Origin: Ruditapes philippinarum
Taxonomy: Eukaryota
NCBI RefSeq assembly: GCF_026571515.1
Contig: NW_026866561.1
Coordinates: 1 to 64,000 of the forward strand
Direction of reading: 5' to 3'
Length of the DNA: 64,000 nucleotides
Positions 1 to 13,200 of this stretch are shown piece after piece. The notes beneath the pieces are model-generated. The model was not told where the DNA came from and searched no databases. It saw only the letters and a list, made by a program, of their open reading frames with translations. The position numbers were made by a program, and so were the translations under genes. Within the stretch, counting starts at the first letter, position 1. Every line of letters starts with the position of its first letter.

Positions 1-1367
1 ATAAGTTTTTTCAATAACTTGGATTAGAGAGTATTAATCCCCCACATTCAATATTGTTATTATATCAATTTTGCATCGCCCATTTGATTATTTAAGCTGC
101 GATTCGAGTTTATTAAGTCGCTTTTTTATTAATACCTGTATCGCCCATTTAATTAAAGGTTAAGTGGTTTATTGTAAGACGTTGTTTAGCTCAGCATTGT
201 ATTACCTGTATGGTTAAATAATGTAATATAAATTCATTTTATTGTTAAATCATGTCTGTATAATAATTTTTTTAATGGATGTAGCTTTGCGTCCGAAATT
301 GTTCCATGGTGACCTTTTATTGATTCAGCGAATCAATAGTCTTTAAAACCGAGCTGTTTTTATTCCTCTAAACCTTTGATACACCCAGTACCTTTATCAC
401 TGCCGAAAAAGACATGGGATATAACGGAAGTGTACGGAATTCCGTATATCATTAATTATAACGTGTAAGAATACGGGAAACTTGAAAATACGGAGATGTA
501 CGGGACCGTTACTTATTTATATCAGTCCCGTATATGACTCAATATACGAACTCCGTACATTCGTAATATACGGGAACTTTGATGTACGCAAGTCCGTATT
601 TACCTAATATACGGAAAATTTTATAAACAAGTCCGTAATATATTTAAAAATACGAAATTCCGTTATTCGTGCAAATACGGATTCTTTATATAGAAGTAGC
701 GAATATAAAAATTTACTTTTCTGAATAGCCTATTTCCTGTAAGAGTAAAGAAATAGTCTGAATCATATATTTATCAGGACATTTGACAAAATTTAAACAA
801 CAATGCCCAAAATTTTCCTGGAGTTAATTAACGCGTCAATTGCGTTTACAAATAATATTCGTCCCAGTGCACAGAAAGTGTAAAGACATCCACCTGTAAC
901 ATGAAGACGCGGTTATTCCTAAGCTCCAATACCCCGCTTTGTTTGCTTTTTAGCACCACCACCCGCAGATAAATAGCGAATACTTTACAATTGCGATTTC
1001 ACGATTAATAGTACTGTTTTGCATTTCTGCATTCCAAATGGTTGAATCATGTTATTTTTTGTAATTTTCCTTTTCATATCATTATAATATCTCTTAATAA
1101 ATGCTTAAGCCACCAAACATGAGAAAATGATTAAAGTTGAAATTGGTGATGTTTCAAAACATGAATTAATTATAATAAAACTCGTGGATTCTGTGAAGTT
1201 GAAATCGTGAAAGTTAAAATACAATTGTGAAAATTCAACGAAAATGAAAATCGCGGATTGTCCACACAAGCAATTAAAATTTTACGTTGATTATATGTCC
1301 TATAAAAATAGGCTAAAACATAATATAATACATAGTACTTCATATGTAAAAAAACAACAATGATATC

Positions 1368-1510
1368 TCATTCATTCAAATTCACTCATTCATTCATTCC
1401 ACTCATTCACTCAGTCATTCATTCATTCATTGAAATCAATCAACCCCAATCATTCATTCAAATTTATTTTATTTTATTCATACATTCATTCAATTATTCA
1501 AATTACTCAT
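1368..1510 (+). repeat. degenerate (CATT)n microsatellite
   Basis: Repeated cattcattca/cactcattca units. Confidence 0.85.
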
Positions 1511-2689
1511 TTAAAATTCATATATTTATTTATTAAATTTAATTATTTAATCTGTTTTTTCAGGAAACAAAAGATTTGCGTTTCTGTACCACTAGTTTTT
1601 GAATAGAAATTCTTATGAAGTTCCGGGAATTCCCCAATTTTGATTTCTTTTCGCGCGGTCTCAAATTTATGACATAATATTTGTTAATAGCCCACGTGCT
1701 TGTATTTCCATAATCGAAGAACAATACTGATCTAAGCCGCATTATTAATTCCGGATATTGATCATAAACGCAGCAGGGTATATCGAGTTGTCGGTTTCCT
1801 CCGATTGAAGGTAAATTAGCGCAATGGTTTGAATGTCTTAACGGATTTTTACTGCAATTTTTGATTTTAATTTAATTTTAACCAAAAAAGGGAATTAAAT
1901 TAATCCCCCATTCATTTGTTCTAGATAAATTTTAAAGGGGCTCTAACCCGGACATAAACAAAAAAGAAAAAAGACATCCTGCTTTTAATTTTTTCTAAGC
2001 TTTGCAGCGTCGTTTTTTGTTTTCCTTTTTAATTTTGGGGGAATTTTGTCCCCTTTTTTAAAAATGGGCACAATAAGATTTTTCTTTAAAATAAACTTTT
2101 AAGTACCCGCCGGCCGGGTTTCCCAAATTAATCGAAGTTCACAAGCTAGAAAACAGATGGATTTTCCCCTGGGGGTATGTACTGTATTGTTAAAAAGAAA
2201 GATGTCCCAAAATTTTTCGAAATTTGCATTTCTTTTAAAAAAATCAAACATCACTCCGAGTTTCCTCGTCTCCCATCAGCCCCGTGTTTTTCTGCATTTA
2301 ATTCGGTGACTTGAACCATTGTTAAGGACAGGGGAAACATGACCTGCCTATGTTAAATTAACATTTGGTTACCTGGTTAAAATAAAAATTAATGTATCTT
2401 GAAAACAGTTTTTGTAAAAAGTAAATTTCTGTTTAAAAAATAATAAAAAAATTGTCGTATTTGATTTAAAACTCAAGTTAAGAACATACTAAAATTACTA
2501 TAATTGATAGTAAAATCACTTTTTAAATTGGACTTTCCGAAATTTTTACCGATACTTTCCAAATATTTTTATACTAATTTTAACATTTTAATTTTAATTA
2601 TGAAAATCCGCCAGATTTAATGTGAAAGGATCTTTATACTTCATTTATGTGTATAAGTAAGTAAGTAAATTTATTTATTTTAATGGGGG

Positions 2690-3191
2690 GGGATACCGGG
2701 ACAAAAAGCCCCCCTCCCAGTCTAAAAAATGACAAGGTGGACAAAAAGCCCCCCCCCCCTTCACCATGAAATTTACACACGTAGGACCCCAAAAGCCCCC
2801 CCCATCAAAAAATTACAGTAGGACAAAAGCCCCCCCCCCGTCCATCAAAACAATGTGCCTATTGGAGAATCACGTCCAGTTTAAAGGCATGGAACGTATG
2901 TTTACTTTATTATATATTGTGCAGTTATAAATTGTAAATGAATAATTTTTCAGAGGAGATCGCTTTTCAAAGCTTTATTAAGAAAATAAAAAGTGAAAGG
3001 CGCATACTGGTCTAGATTTATTTTAAGTATAAAACCCAAGTTCCCCGAAACACGGGCCGTGTGGCAAAAATGAATAAGTAATCAGTCTGTCTAATAAACC
3101 ATAGGGAGGCCCTTTTGTTTGATGGACTGGGGGGGGGGGGGGGGCTTTTGTCCTATGTGTAAATTTAAGTGTGGATCTTTTGTTTTATCCC
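2690..3191. mobile_element. MITE with GGACAAAAGCCCCC subterminal repeats (possibly Mutator-like)
   Basis: Four GGACAAAA(A)GCCCCC-like units at 2697-2840 and inverted GGGGCTTTTGTCC-like units at 3105-3190; ends GGATA...TATCC. Confidence 0.6.
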
Positions 3192-3261
3192 CGCTTATTG
3201 TTGTTGTCACAAAAAAAATTTGTGTAATTTATAAAAAAAATTTCTTAGCGCTTCTAAAACG

Positions 3262-3262
<1 letters not shown>

Positions 3263-3293
<31 letters not shown>

Positions 3294-3425
3294 TAATTAA
3301 ATTATTTATTATCATCAATCATCATCATCATTTCACATCATCTGCATTCATCCATCATCATCAAACCATAATCATTCATTATATTATTATATTAAATATT
3401 ATTATTATTATTAAATTATTATTAA
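3263..3425 (+). repeat. (TAT)n/(CAT)n trinucleotide microsatellite
   Basis: Runs of tattattat and catcatcat. Confidence 0.9.
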
Positions 3426-5076
3426 AAAAAATTTAAATAACCGATTGGGCATTAGAATCAAATTTTGCCTAGAAAAAGTATCAATTTTATGTTATACATG
3501 TATGCAAAAGTTAATCGGGTTATGGAATACATGATATTTCCAAATTTAATACATGTTTAATGATTGCATTATTTTGGAATCGAATAAAGGGTTTTAGTAT
3601 TGCTGCTTTCTTCCGCATTATCACCGGGACCTTTTAATATAAATCCAGTGGCATTATTTAATGCACAAAAACGGTTATCTAGGCATATCACGCGTTTTCA
3701 AAAAACAGCCCCAATTGAGTTTAAAAGCCTTGGGTTTGTATCACGTGAATCCTATCAAACCAATCACAGAAATAACCACCGGGGCGAAATGAAAAAAGAA
3801 AAAAAAAACGGGGGATTTTGGAAAAGGATTTGAAATCAAATTCAGAATATTGCAAAACAAAGGTAGGTTAAAAGTCTATGTTTTATCGTTGCAATATCAA
3901 TAATTGCGATCAAAATAGAATAGTTGCATTTTTGTGAACAACAGCTTATTTCAGGGGTTAAACTGATTTGGGTTTTTAAAAACTTTTAACACTGTTTAAT
4001 CTTGTTTTGCTAAAACCAAATGGCCCCCCGGGTTAAAAATTTTAAACAGAGATATATCCCCCAATTTAGACCCGGGGGGTTACGAGTTTTATTTTGATTT
4101 CTAAACTTTTTCTTGTTTTAAATTTAAAAATTTGTTTTTTTGAAAAATGCAAAAAAAAAAAAATAAAAAGGGGAAAATTTTTAAAGCGTTAATCATAACT
4201 TTCCCCTTTAGGGTTTTAAAAAAAAACACCCCAGTTAAAAATAAGACATTTTAAAAACCGAAGAGTCAAGGTATTAACCCGCCCCCCGGACATGTTTGTA
4301 CAAAGGGGTTTAAACAGTTTGGTGTGGGCCCCGAAACCCATGTATGCTTGATTGGTTAAATAATTGGACTTTTTAATCTTGGGGGCCCGGTCTCAATTAA
4401 AAAACTTAAAACAGGGGTGCGCACAAAAATTATTTTTTTGTGCAAGAAAGAAACAATTTTCGAAAAAGAACACTCAAAAATTCTATTTATTTAATAGTAA
4501 TTTATGAAATTGATAGCCGAAAAATAGGTTATGTTTTATCTATTCAAAATATAATAACAAAAATTATCAGATTTAACAGATAAACATATTTTAAAAGAAA
4601 AATTTGGTTAGTACTTTCTAAAAAATAGGTTTATAAATTTTAAGATAAAATTGTTTCTCATTCTTGATAACTTTAACGAGCAGAATACTCTTTCCGCAAG
4701 TTTTTTTTTTTATTAAGTTTTTATACAAAATACCCATTATTTGCAAATGCAACATAAGTCAATTTAAAAGACTTTTTTTCTCCGCTCTTTTCAATAATTT
4801 ACTTTTTTAAAAGTTTTCTGTACACATGTTTGTTATATTTCTTATTTGTATTAAAACCTATTCTTAAATGAATAGGGAAAACAAAACATTTCTTTTTTTA
4901 ATTAACTCATAACAATTTAGAAACGAAAAATAAAAATGAAAATAATTGTCAGAATTTTTTTTACATTAATAACAAAGAAATGGTATTATTGCATGTAATT
5001 TTGGGGCCCACAGGTTTAAAAATTAAAACGGTTTTAAATGTTAATCTCACTTTCCATTGGTGTCCAAAAAAATAAT

Positions 5077-5338
5077 TAGCCGCGGTTAAAGCCCAAAACC
5101 CCCATAATGGGTTTTCCCCACCCTGCAAGGATCCAAAACCCCGCCCCGCGCATCGCGCAAATCTGAATTTTAGGATCCAACCCCTGTTCGCTAAAAGGGG
5201 TTTTTCTACTTGTTTTAAAAGTTTTTTAAGCGGAAAAGGGATGGATCCCCCGTCAGACTACCCCGGAAGCGCAAAAACTGGTCTGGGCCCTGCTGGTCGC
5301 AAAAACCCTTTTGTTTGGTTTTTTGTGACGCGGCTCAT
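5077..5338. mobile_element. error-ridden copy of the palindromic MITE at 6919-7163
   Basis: Collinear with the 6919-7163 copy (agccg..., ggatcca, ctgttcgcta, tctacttgtt, ggatggatcc, gctggtcgcaaa, cggctcat) but with homopolymer distortions. Confidence 0.75.
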
Positions 5339-6918
5339 ATGTTTATTTTGAACATTGAATTACGAAAGCTTTGATCAAAGGAGCCTGTTTCGGTTTTTAG
5401 CAAATTTTAAAACGTCGTGAAATAAAATATTCGCAAACGGAACCAGAAGGTTTTAAAACGGGTTTTGTTTGTATTGTTTTTAGTATTAATAGTAATAAAG
5501 CAAAACCGAGTTTTACTCGCAATACAGGACAGGCAACTGTTTTGGTTTTTCATTCGATATTTTTGGTTATATTTTATCTACGCATTCAATACCCCAGATT
5601 TTAAATTTGTATATACATGAACTGAGTTTTCGCCATTTACAATGGATTTTTTATTGGGGGACAAATTTTGAAAAATTTTAAATTTTTATTGTTTTTTAAT
5701 TTTTATTTATAAATAAAAACCCCTTTCTTTTTTTGTTTTTATTTTTAAAGATAAACATTAACGCCATAAGGTGATATCGCATGGGTCAGTCACAAACACG
5801 CGGGCCTGTTTTGAGGAAACAGTTTATTTAATAAATTTCATTAATACCATAAATTTAAACGCTTTGAAAAAACTGTATTGAGGGCCTTTGTACAATCACA
5901 CATTTTCGACATTCCCATATTGACCATATTATTCACATATAGCAAATATGGTAAACACACGCCCACGGACGCACCGCACGACCAACACAAAAATACATAA
6001 CTACACATGCACATAAAAGTGAACACGTTCCTACCAGTATTAACACTTTCCCGCCATTTGTGAGATCACTTATGAAAATATTTTCAATGTGCTCTTTACA
6101 TTTTATGCTGAAGTTATATTATGATTTTTCAGGACAGTTTAAAATCTTCTAGAAAATGCCAGCTGTGCCCTCCTTACAGCAATTGTAGATGAAGCAAAGT
6201 ATGGTAGCAAGCTATATAGATGTTAAGTTCCACGTTATATAACATTGTTGTGTTTTGTGAATAAAATTTAGACATTTACCACGGACGTACTGTCTGTAAA
6301 GAAGAGTTACCTCAGGACTCAATATACTTCCACTCTGTACTGACATAAGTGTTTATTTCTTTCTCAAGGACCAAAGTCCAAATTTCCTTAATTACACCGC
6401 ATTTATTTTGACAAAAAAATAAATGTGCTTAGTTATAAATACATGATTCTCTTTTTTAATCTTGTTAGAATCAATTTCTAAGGCGGATGATGTCACCACT
6501 TCATAAAAATGATGTCAATAACGGCAATATATAGATATAAGCATTTGCCGCGCCAAATTTGAAAAATGCAAACTTATACTTTGCTTTTAATATGGCAAAA
6601 ATCAATATATAAAATATAAAGCATTAACCTAGAACACACAACCCAATGGTTTGAATATAGATGCCAACTGTGCATGGCACCGACTTTATTTTAGCTTAAA
6701 AATTAGTTTTTTTTTTCTTAAAAACATATTACTGCTATCAAAAAAATATGTATTTCTTTAACAGTTTTAATCACTTTTATATATGTTAATGATAGTAAAT
6801 TGTTTTAGTGTACTACGTGTGCCGCGTAAAGCGATAAGTACGGCCCCGCTTTGGATAATGTGAGAGTGACGTTACAAATTTTCTTTTGTAACATATACCC
6901 TAAAGTTAACAACAACAT

Positions 6919-7163
6919 TTGAGCCGTGGTCACGACAAAAACCAACATAATGAGTTTGCGACCAGCATGGATCCAGACCAGCCTGCCGCATCTGCGCAGT
7001 CTGATCAGGATCCATGCTGTTCGCTAATCAGTTTCTCTACTTGTTATAGGGTTTGTAAGCGAACAGCATGGATCCTGATCAGACTGCACGGATATGCGCA
7101 GGCGTGGTCTGGATCCATGCTGGTCGCAAACCCATTATTGGGTTTTGTCTTGACACGACTCAT
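6919..7163. mobile_element. palindromic (fold-back) MITE, bivalve family
   Basis: ~105-bp arms (TGAGCCGTG...GCGACCAGCATGGATCCAGACCAGCCTG...CTGATCAGGATCCATGCTGTTCGCT and its reverse complement) around a ~30-bp loop. Confidence 0.9.
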
Positions 7164-8498
7164 TTTGTCTTAATGGGTAAAACAGGGTTTTCAAAGCGAA
7201 TATAATGTCAGATTTAAGAAACAGAATTTGAAATGTCTTGATGTGAAAAGTTAGAATGTCATACACATTAAATTTTATCACAAGTGGAGCCTCACAAAGT
7301 TGTTTACTTTTTTTGCGTTTTTTTTTTTTCCATATTTTTTTTTTTAATGTTACATTAGAAAAATGAATTAGGATAGAAAGGCAGTTTTATTATGATATTT
7401 AATAATTTAAGATATACGTGCACAGATGATAGTGTAGTGTTTTATCCGTATAGTGTGTAGTTGTAGTAGATTCATAGAGAGCGTGTTTGCAGTGCGTATC
7501 TCATTTAGTATTTCGTGCAAACTTAACTAAGTCTGAAACAGTCTGTGTACAGTATCATGCACTTCCGTATTTAGTTTGGCACTGCAACCTTGTTAAATAG
7601 GGGCTAAATATAGCTTACATTTAAAACAAAATGAAAGTTAATAGAAAATATCACACACATTTATAATCTTTACAATGCATGATACAAAACTTTCATTACC
7701 TGATTGATAATTATGAAGCAATATTTTGGGAAAAAAGGTGCAATTCGAGCCTAGCTGTCTTGCATTGATATTTACCACCAAACGCTTATTTATTAAATAA
7801 TTTGCGTTAGAAAAAAAAATGTATATATGTATACGCTTCTTAAAAATGCTTGTGTATAGCTTCTTTTTGAAAGTTGTGATAATTATTTTACGACACTATT
7901 TTTTAAACAGGATTTTGAACTCCTCTTTTTTTCAGATACACACCATGCCCGAAGAAGATTGCAATTATCTATTGGGATAACATTTCCTACTCAGAAATAG
8001 ACATCGTCACACTGGTTTCTACGTAACATTTTCCTATAGAATGATTGTTTTAAGAACTGTGTGGGTGAATGACCGAATTTCTGTGAAACGGATTTTTAGT
8101 GGTTTTTAAACTTTCTGTAATAATCAATTTGTGCCTATGGACTCATTTTCCTAGAAGAATATGTGAATGTTTTAACTGACGAAACAAATGAATTGACGTA
8201 TCAAAATATTTTATGGTTGTAATAACCAAGTGCTCCATAAAAAAAATCATTTGTTTTAAGTATTATAAATAGAATCCGAAACTTCAAGTTGGTATAGTTT
8301 TTGGTCTACATGTTAGAAACAACATTGCAATTTCATAAAGGTTACGGCTTGAAAATATCGATACATGTACATGTCTTAACTCGATCTCTAATTTTCCACT
8401 GTGATTACGTATTCATGGACTCTGTATTGCTTGATACCGGTATTCTCCGCCAAATTCCGTTGCAACGGCTACATTTATTTGTCCCTGCAACCCAATAT

Positions 8499-8552
8499 AC
8501 AGTTGAACTCTCGGTAACTCGAAATCCAAGGGACCGGCATTTACTCTCGACT
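8499..8552. mobile_element. Tc1/mariner (pogo/Tigger-like) MITE end fragment
   Basis: TA-CAGTTGAACTCTCGGTAACTCGAAATCCAAGGGA resembles the terminus of the element at 15550. Confidence 0.5.
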
Positions 8553-9884
8553 GTTTGTATGGACTGTTGTAGCGAAAAGACAATGTTTATTTTGTTTAAT
8601 ATATGTATACATATTGAATATTATGTTTATGAAGTAATAAATATTTAAGAGTGAACTCGATTTGGTTTTAACTTTATTATTTTGAAAATACTCCAATTGT
8701 GAAGATTAACGTTTTCTTAAGCATATGACTTTACAGTTCCCATTCAAAATGTATGTAATAAAACATGTTCTATTGTACAAAGTCTGCATTTTGGGTCATG
8801 TATACGTGTCACTTATATGTAAATGCATGCTTTTTGGATATTATCTGTATCTTCTTTTATCAAAAAATACAGTTCTGTATTCCCTGTGGACAACTAAAAA
8901 ATGAAATTCCGTATATCCCCTGTTTATATATTGAAAATACCATTCCGTATATCCCCTGTTAATATGTAGAAAATAACCATTCCGTATATCTTTTCCGTAT
9001 ATGTAGAAAATACGATATTCCGTATATCATCTGTATATGTTGGAAAAATACGAGTCCGTAATATCCCTCTGCTAAATATGTAGAATATACGGTTCCGTAT
9101 ATCCTCTGTATAGGAAGAAAATACGATTCCGTATATCCTCTGTATATGTAGAAAATACGGGGTCCCCGTATACCCTTGGTATATTTATAGTATACTAGGA
9201 TAGCAACCTAAAATATAGTCCGTATACGGGATTTTATTATCCGTATACTTCAAAAGTACGGACAAAATATACGTACATTGTATATGGGGGCAAATACGGA
9301 ATTCCGTATATGCCTGATTGCATATACGGACTTCCCGTATACCGTTTCCCTAAATACGGGACTCGTATACTTGGTCCGTTAATATTCGACGAATACATCC
9401 CGTACACGCCCGTATATGTCAAAAATACGGGACCGTGTATTCCCGTATATCAGTATATTTTTCGCAGTGTATGTCTTACACGTTTTATTTCCTTTTGAAG
9501 AGGTGTTCGCACTTCTACGAGGTTATGGTAATGGTTTTCTTTACGTTACTCCAGTCTTGGTGAGATGCATAAAGTTTTAATGTTGCTGCATTCTACAATG
9601 ACTTTTAGATTTGGTAATTTTGTAACATTGATTTCTATGTATTTTCTCAGTGATTTGTATTTTTGCTTTATGTTTTGTTTGGCGGGTTTTGGAGGAATCT
9701 GATAAATGTAAGCCCTCTCTGTTATATTAACATTGGACATTTATTATTTATCATGGATTGTGTTCTTTAATGTAAGTTCTTACATAAATTCGTTTTTAAG
9801 TAATATTGAGTTTATTTTACTTAAGTGTCATACACATATCAATAAATATTTTGTTACTTTATTTTCTTGAGTTTGCTTCTGATT

Positions 9885-11292
9885 TTGAGATAATTATTAT
9901 TAACAGTATGCAGCAAACTCCATTAATGATTATTTGTGTTTCTTTCTATTATAAATTCATGGTTTGCACGTGTTGTTGTTGGCTTCAAAGCATTATTGGA
10001 ATAAATTTGCTTGCTCATTTGCTTTCGATTTCAACTTTTTATTCGAACTTTTGTCACCTTTACCGGTTGCCAAAATATATTCACAGGGAAACCATGTTCC
10101 ATTTTTCGCTAAAATCGTCAATAAAGATATGTGATATAAAGTTATTTTTGCAAGCTGTTTTCATGACGTAAAGATAGATTGATGTCGCCCGGGGCTACTT
10201 TTACCGCATCCAATAGGTGCACCAACTATTATAACATGCCAATGTGTCTGTGTTACGGGTTCTTGTAACTGACTGCAAAGATCCAGTTCGTTCCATGTTT
10301 CCGGATTGTTAACATATTTTGAGAATGATTTGACAGTATTTGTTTTATTATGTACTCAGTAAGCTTCCAAATCAGGGTACGTTTGCATTTTTTTGCTATA
10401 GCATTGTATTCCGGCTTTTTCGTTGGTAAATCGTCTTTTATAAAAATTTACCGTTCTATTTGTGTTGATATGCCAATGGGGACAGCCATTCGCAAGTCCC
10501 AAAACTAATAAATTCCTTTTCGGAAGAAGAACTTTACTGATGTCATCAATTTGATTACCGTTAATTTTTATTCAACTCTTTGGTGATTTATGTTCAGGTT
10601 AAGGTATGTCTTGCAATATCTTGACGGTCTATCCTAAAAGATAATTTTGCTTAAATTATAAGACAATTCATTAAAAACAAGTTGGAGCCACTTTATAATA
10701 GCAAACATCAGCACCACAAAGCAAAATTTAGACATTTAACAATGAAGGTCGTGGTCATTTTTAAATAAATGTCAATGTTAGTTTAGCCTGCTTGAAGATT
10801 TTGTCCTAACACTTGTTGTCGCCCAATATGAAGACAATACATTAAACTGAAAAAGTTATGATCAAGGTACAACGCAACACAGACAGGACTGTATTTTTTT
10901 CCCAAAAAATGTCAAGCAAATAAATGTGGATTATTTAATCACACAATTGTCTGATAGCCTGAAAATGCTGCTTGATTATATATTTAGAACATTTGGACCA
11001 AGACTTGATAAGGAAGGTAACTTAACAAGCTTCCATTGAACATTTAGTGTCTGAATATAACGTTTATGTGAAAAATAGCCCAAAGTCTTCAGATTTTGAG
11101 TACCATTTTTTTTATCAATTTTAAATGCTAGTAGTCCGTTACGTAAAAAGGCATCGGCAGATTTTAAGCTCTTAAACCATAAATGTTGGCACCTTCTAAA
11201 TGCAAAGCCGACCAATTCAGCCATAATTCTCGACAGAGTTGTCTTCTCTCCAAACATTGGGAACAAGTTGGTATATTAGTATTTAAAAACAT
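9885..11292 (-). pseudogene. STAND-class (nSTAND3-like) P-loop NTPase relic, copy 1
   Basis: Minus strand 10238-10194 translates HVIIVGAPIGCGKSS (Walker A, AxxxxGKS). 10131-10095 gives HIFIDDFSEKWNM (Walker B, hhhhDD, as in nSTAND3). Frameshifts and stops are present. The ORF at 10976-11266 lies upstream on the same strand. Confidence 0.6.
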
Positions 11293-11380
11293 ATGCAAGG
11301 AATACTTCAATGGATTTGGTAGGAAAACATTATTATTGTGATACAGATATCGTAGAAATGTGTATGGCAGTTTACCTTAC

Positions 11381-12310
11381 CTTCAAATAGTCAAGATAAA
11401 AAAGTTAAACTCCTTTTAATCCAAAGTAATCTCATCGGTGGATTTAAACTGTCCATTTGTACCTCTGTTGAAGGCTGTAAGGGACCGTTCCATCCTGGCA
11501 ACTCCAATGGTGTTTTGAGGGAGGCGAAAAAAATGACATATGGATACTTATATCCTGTCCCATTAAATTGACCAACACTTCAAGATCATGTTTGCTGAGA
11601 TTCAAAATATGGGCCACTATAGCTACATGTTTCCTATGCTTTGTGCTTGCTCTAGTTTCTGATGATTAAAGCCCCGCTTCCCTAGCAATTTTTTTGCACT
11701 TCTAGGAGGACTTAAATACCCAAAGTTGGCTCTAGCAAAATGTATGTATTTTATTCCGCAACACCCGCTTCAGATCGCAATTTAAGCAGAAGATCGACAT
11801 TTTATTTTTGTACTTCCTGAGTCTGTAGAACTGCTATAGTATGGTCCCTTTTTCCGCGGATTTCTACTGTGCAAAGAGATGTCAGCAGAATTTTTTTTAT
11901 TAAGGAATATTCACCTCCTTAAGATGCCATCTATGATGTATTTGTTTCTCCACCTCGTCGTCGGTTAAAGATGACCAGTTGTGCCAAAGTATCCGAATTG
12001 AGTAACTCCCAATTAAATTTTGAAAATGTCTCGTCTAAAGCTTCTGCCAACAACTTTGAATATTTCTGCAAGAAATAAAACTAGCTTTTAAAGATCTTCG
12101 GAAAGAGGCAACCTCTTCCCGTTGTTCCTTTTGTTTCCCTTTCAGGGCACATGAAGGTATTGCATGTCTCCATTCCCCTTCACAAATCCTCAGAAAGTTC
12201 ACTGCTTTTTCCTTCAGCTGGAGTTCTCCTCGAATGAGTACCTCTGTTCTCTGTATTTTAGTGAAGGTGTCCATTCTTCAACGGTAGGGGTGGATTCAAC
12301 TATGAATTTA
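11381..12310 (-). pseudogene. Crypton-like tyrosine recombinase relic, copy 1 (C-terminal catalytic part)
   Basis: Translates AVNFLRICEGEWRHAIPSCAL, TLAQLVIFNRRRGGE, VEIRGKR, YIFARANFG, STKHRKHVAIVAHILNLSKHDLEVLVNLMGQDISIHMSFFRLPQ. These match the animal YR family with motifs FNRRRxGE / LRKHxAT / MGHDxxxHxxxYRLP. Ends at a GAAG|GTAAG donor. Confidence 0.85.
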
Positions 12311-12695
12311 CGAGGGCGAATACAAAAATCGTGGAATTTAATCATAAAATTTAAACGCATTGTTTCAGCTTAATGATTTTATGATATGACAATACAAAAT
12401 ATATAATGAACAAACTTGCCAAATATTAGCAATATACAATAAAACTGTCAACATGGCAACAAATATACAAATCCCGGTACGGAAACCCTGGAGAGCACGA
12501 AAATCACGCCTCTGTGAAAATATCGTAACAACTTCTCAAAGTACACTCCATTTCCGATGACAGTCTATCCAATGGCTGTATATGTTCCTGTAGCATGCCT
12601 CGTCGTAGTTGCTGATAATACGGTTAACGGATCTCCGAAGTTCTGGTAAATCGCCGAATCTGTATCCGCGCAACTGCATCTTCCCTTGAGATATA
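12311..12695 (-). mobile_element. mariner transposon 3' end (TIR plus transposase C-terminus)
   Basis: TA-CGAGGGCGAATACAAAAATCG mariner-type terminus. Minus strand ~12690-12530 encodes KMQLRGYRFGDLPELRRSVNRIISNYDEACYRNIYSHWIDCHRK..GVYFEK, the mariner C-terminal motif. Confidence 0.75.
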
Positions 12696-12706
12696 AATAG
12701 CATAAC

Positions 12707-13200
12707 AAAGGGCTTGGTTCACTCATGGCCAGATTTGGACCTATCTCAGAATAAGCTCAAACATATATATGTATGAGAGCCCTATGTCTAACATTGTAAA
12801 ACACCATTTATATTAACAAATACATCAGCTAGGCGTTGCCATGGTAACAATTTTCTATTGCAAAAAATTCTTCAATTTCAATGAATTACGTTTAATATCA
12901 GATACAAATATATACTATTTGTATGTAAGTAATAAATATAAACACACATTTCACAAAAAATAACATTTTCAAGTCTTTCATAATATATTTAAATATATCA
13001 GTTGCCATGGTAACTGTGTCATTTCTGAAAATGTTAGTTTCCTTCATGATTTATTCAAATTTTGTTCATACTTAATCAGAATTTGTTCCATTTAAAAATG
13101 TTTAATATGAGAAACAATGCTTGAAAATAGCCAATAGAGTATTTTATATTATTGCATTTCCATGGTTACTGTTAAAATGTGTTACAATGTTGTTTTTAAA
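12707..13200. repeat. probable DNA-transposon end region with repeated GTTGCCATGGTAAC motifs
   Basis: GTTGCCATGGTAAC at ~12835 and 13001, and TTTCCATGGTTAC at ~13157; no partner end found. Confidence 0.3.

Larger units (their letters stand above)
398..9469. mobile_element. CACTA/EnSpm (CMC)-type DNA transposon, apparently non-autonomous, ~9.07 kb
   Basis: Left end CACTGCCGAAAAA (398) and right end TTTTTCGCAGTG (9469) are inverted repeats. TAT flanks both sides (395-397, 9470-9472), i.e. a 3-bp TSD. Dense ATACGG/CCGTAT subterminal repeats lie at ~420-710 and ~8870-9450. Confidence 0.75.

Noticed and set aside
1740-1830. THAP-like start (..SCRFPP..)
   Set aside because: Only a 3-residue resemblance; no C2CH pattern.
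3119-3436. 105-aa ORF
   Set aside because: Translation of a G-run and TAT/CAT microsatellites.
6919-7173. 84-aa ORF
   Set aside because: Coincides with the palindromic MITE.
10900-11280. plus-strand protein-like reading (YLEHLDQDLIRKV...)
   Set aside because: No recognisable motif. It shares third codon positions with a minus-strand frame, and the flanking YR and NTPase motifs are on the minus strand. Not fully excluded.
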